From NCBI GenBank assembly GCA_041641295.1, contig JBEPYO010000001.1, positions 879,777 to 903,776 on the forward strand: DNA of 24,000 nt, in the 5' to 3' direction. Positions 23,509 through 24,000 of the stretch are shown piece after piece. Made by a program: the position numbers and the translations under genes. Numbering within the stretch: position 1 is the stretch's first letter; each line of letters starts with the position of its first letter. Below the pieces are notes generated by a model. It worked only from the letters and a program-made list of their open reading frames with translations. It was not told the origin of the DNA and ran no database searches. Source of the DNA: Nitrososphaerota archaeon. Its GTDB lineage: Archaea > Thermoproteota > Nitrososphaeria_A > Caldarchaeales > Calditenuaceae.

Positions 23509-23581
23509 TGGGGCCGGCCGGATTCGAACCGGCGACCTCCGCCGTGTAAGGGCGGCGTCATGGCCGCTAGACCACGGCCCC
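23509..23581 (-). tRNA. tRNA-Val(TAC), no intron
   Basis: The minus strand reads GGGGCCG TG GTCT AGCGGCCA TGAC G CCGCC CTTACAC GGCGG AGGTC GCCGG TTCGAAT CCGGC CGGCCCC A. Confidence 0.9.
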
Positions 23582-23607
23582 TATCTATGCCAGTCTCCCG
23601 CGGCGAA

Positions 23608-24000
23608 TTAATTAATCTCTTCTCGAGGGTCTTCCTTCTTTCTCAGTTTTCCGAGCCTGCTTGGCTTTATGGTGATTTTTGCGTCTGGGTAGATTATGGT
23701 TAGTTCCTTTCCTTGGTGTATCCGGTCTAGGGCTATTGCGAGGGCGGCTATCTCGCTGTGTGGCTGGTTAGTGACTGCGACGTTGATGTCTGCGAGCTCG
23801 TAGACCTCGATGGGCACCTTGGAGGAGCCGACAACCAGTACGATGCCCCGAGTGGCGTAGGCCTCTCGAAGCTCCTCTTCCACATCCTGGATGCCGATTC
23901 CGTACATTGTGAGGTGGGCTATGTATTCGCCCTGAGCCTTCCTCTCTGCTAGGAATTTTCTCCAGTCTGGTGTGTAGCTGGCCTTGAAGCCTCCTCCCCA
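23608..24000 (-). CDS. trm56: tRNA (cytidine56-2'-O)-methyltransferase aTrm56 (SPOUT); N-terminus runs off the right edge
   Basis: The track ORF starts at an internal Met. The frame stays open upstream to the window edge, reading WGGFKASYTPDWRKFLAERKAQGEYIAHLTMYGIG... The stretch HLTMYG...VVGSSKVPIEVYELADINVAVTNQPHSEIAALAIALDRI matches my recollection of the Pyrococcus aTrm56 sequence (HLTMYG...[32 protein letters not shown]). Confidence 0.8.
   Translation of the reverse strand, partial: WGGGFKASYTPDWRKFLAERKAQGEYIAHLTMYGIGIQDVEEELREAYATRGIVLVVGSSKVPIEVYELADINVAVTNQPHSEIAALAIALDRIHQGKELTIIYPDAKITIKPSRLGKLRKKEDPREEIN

Noticed and set aside
1-24000. CRISPR arrays, rRNA genes, transposases or integrases, toxin-antitoxin or other recognisable defence modules
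   Set aside because: I scanned for regularly spaced direct repeats, rRNA-like conserved blocks, and DDE, tyrosine-recombinase or serine-recombinase motifs in the translations. None was found. The only repeats are those reported at 6.1-6.7 kb and in the origin region.

Overview
This is an archaeal chromosomal segment, G+C-rich overall with AT-rich intergenic spacers, probably from a hyperthermophile. The archaeal call rests on an Orc1/Cdc6 gene, a PolD small-subunit (DP1) gene, aTrm56, intron-bearing tRNAs and TATA-box spacing consistent with leaderless starts. PolD argues against a classical crenarchaeote (Thermoprotei). I cannot name the lineage. All functional calls come from motifs I recognised in the supplied translations or in my own translations. 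No database search was possible.

Contents, left to right:
- A Gfo/Idh/MocA oxidoreductase, cut by the left edge, with an unlisted 31-aa zinc-ribbon micro-ORF coupled to it by an ATGA overlap.
- An LLM-like oxidoreductase, RidA, PurB, a Zn-ribbon hypothetical, a DUF429 protein and an alpha/beta hydrolase.
- An anomalous ~2.2 kb locus at 6064-8317. It holds an orphan tRNA 3' half, an AT-rich repeat/hairpin segment, about 750 nt of ORF-poor hairpin-dense GC-rich sequence, an AT-rich LAGLIDADG endonuclease gene with an N-terminal tandem HTH, and an intact tRNA-Pro(CGG) carrying a 33-nt insertion.
- A stand-alone RAM-domain gene, then a predicted replication origin with ORB-like boxes flanking AT-rich tracts.
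- orc1/cdc6 overlapping DP1, then an APC permease fused to a Usp domain.
- A second RAM-domain gene and an intron-containing tRNA-Trp.
- An FAH-family hydrolase, a malic enzyme and a DtxR/MntR-family regulator.
- An enolase-superfamily plus SIS-domain gene pair.
- A lower-GC islet with a secreted matrixin-like metzincin and a SnoaL-like protein, ending near tRNA-Glu.
- A class-II amidotransferase-like protein, an MFS transporter, tRNA-Val, and aTrm56 cut by the right edge.

The most unusual part is the endonuclease / structured-RNA / tRNA-fragment locus. I saw no CRISPR array, no rRNA and no recognisable defence system.
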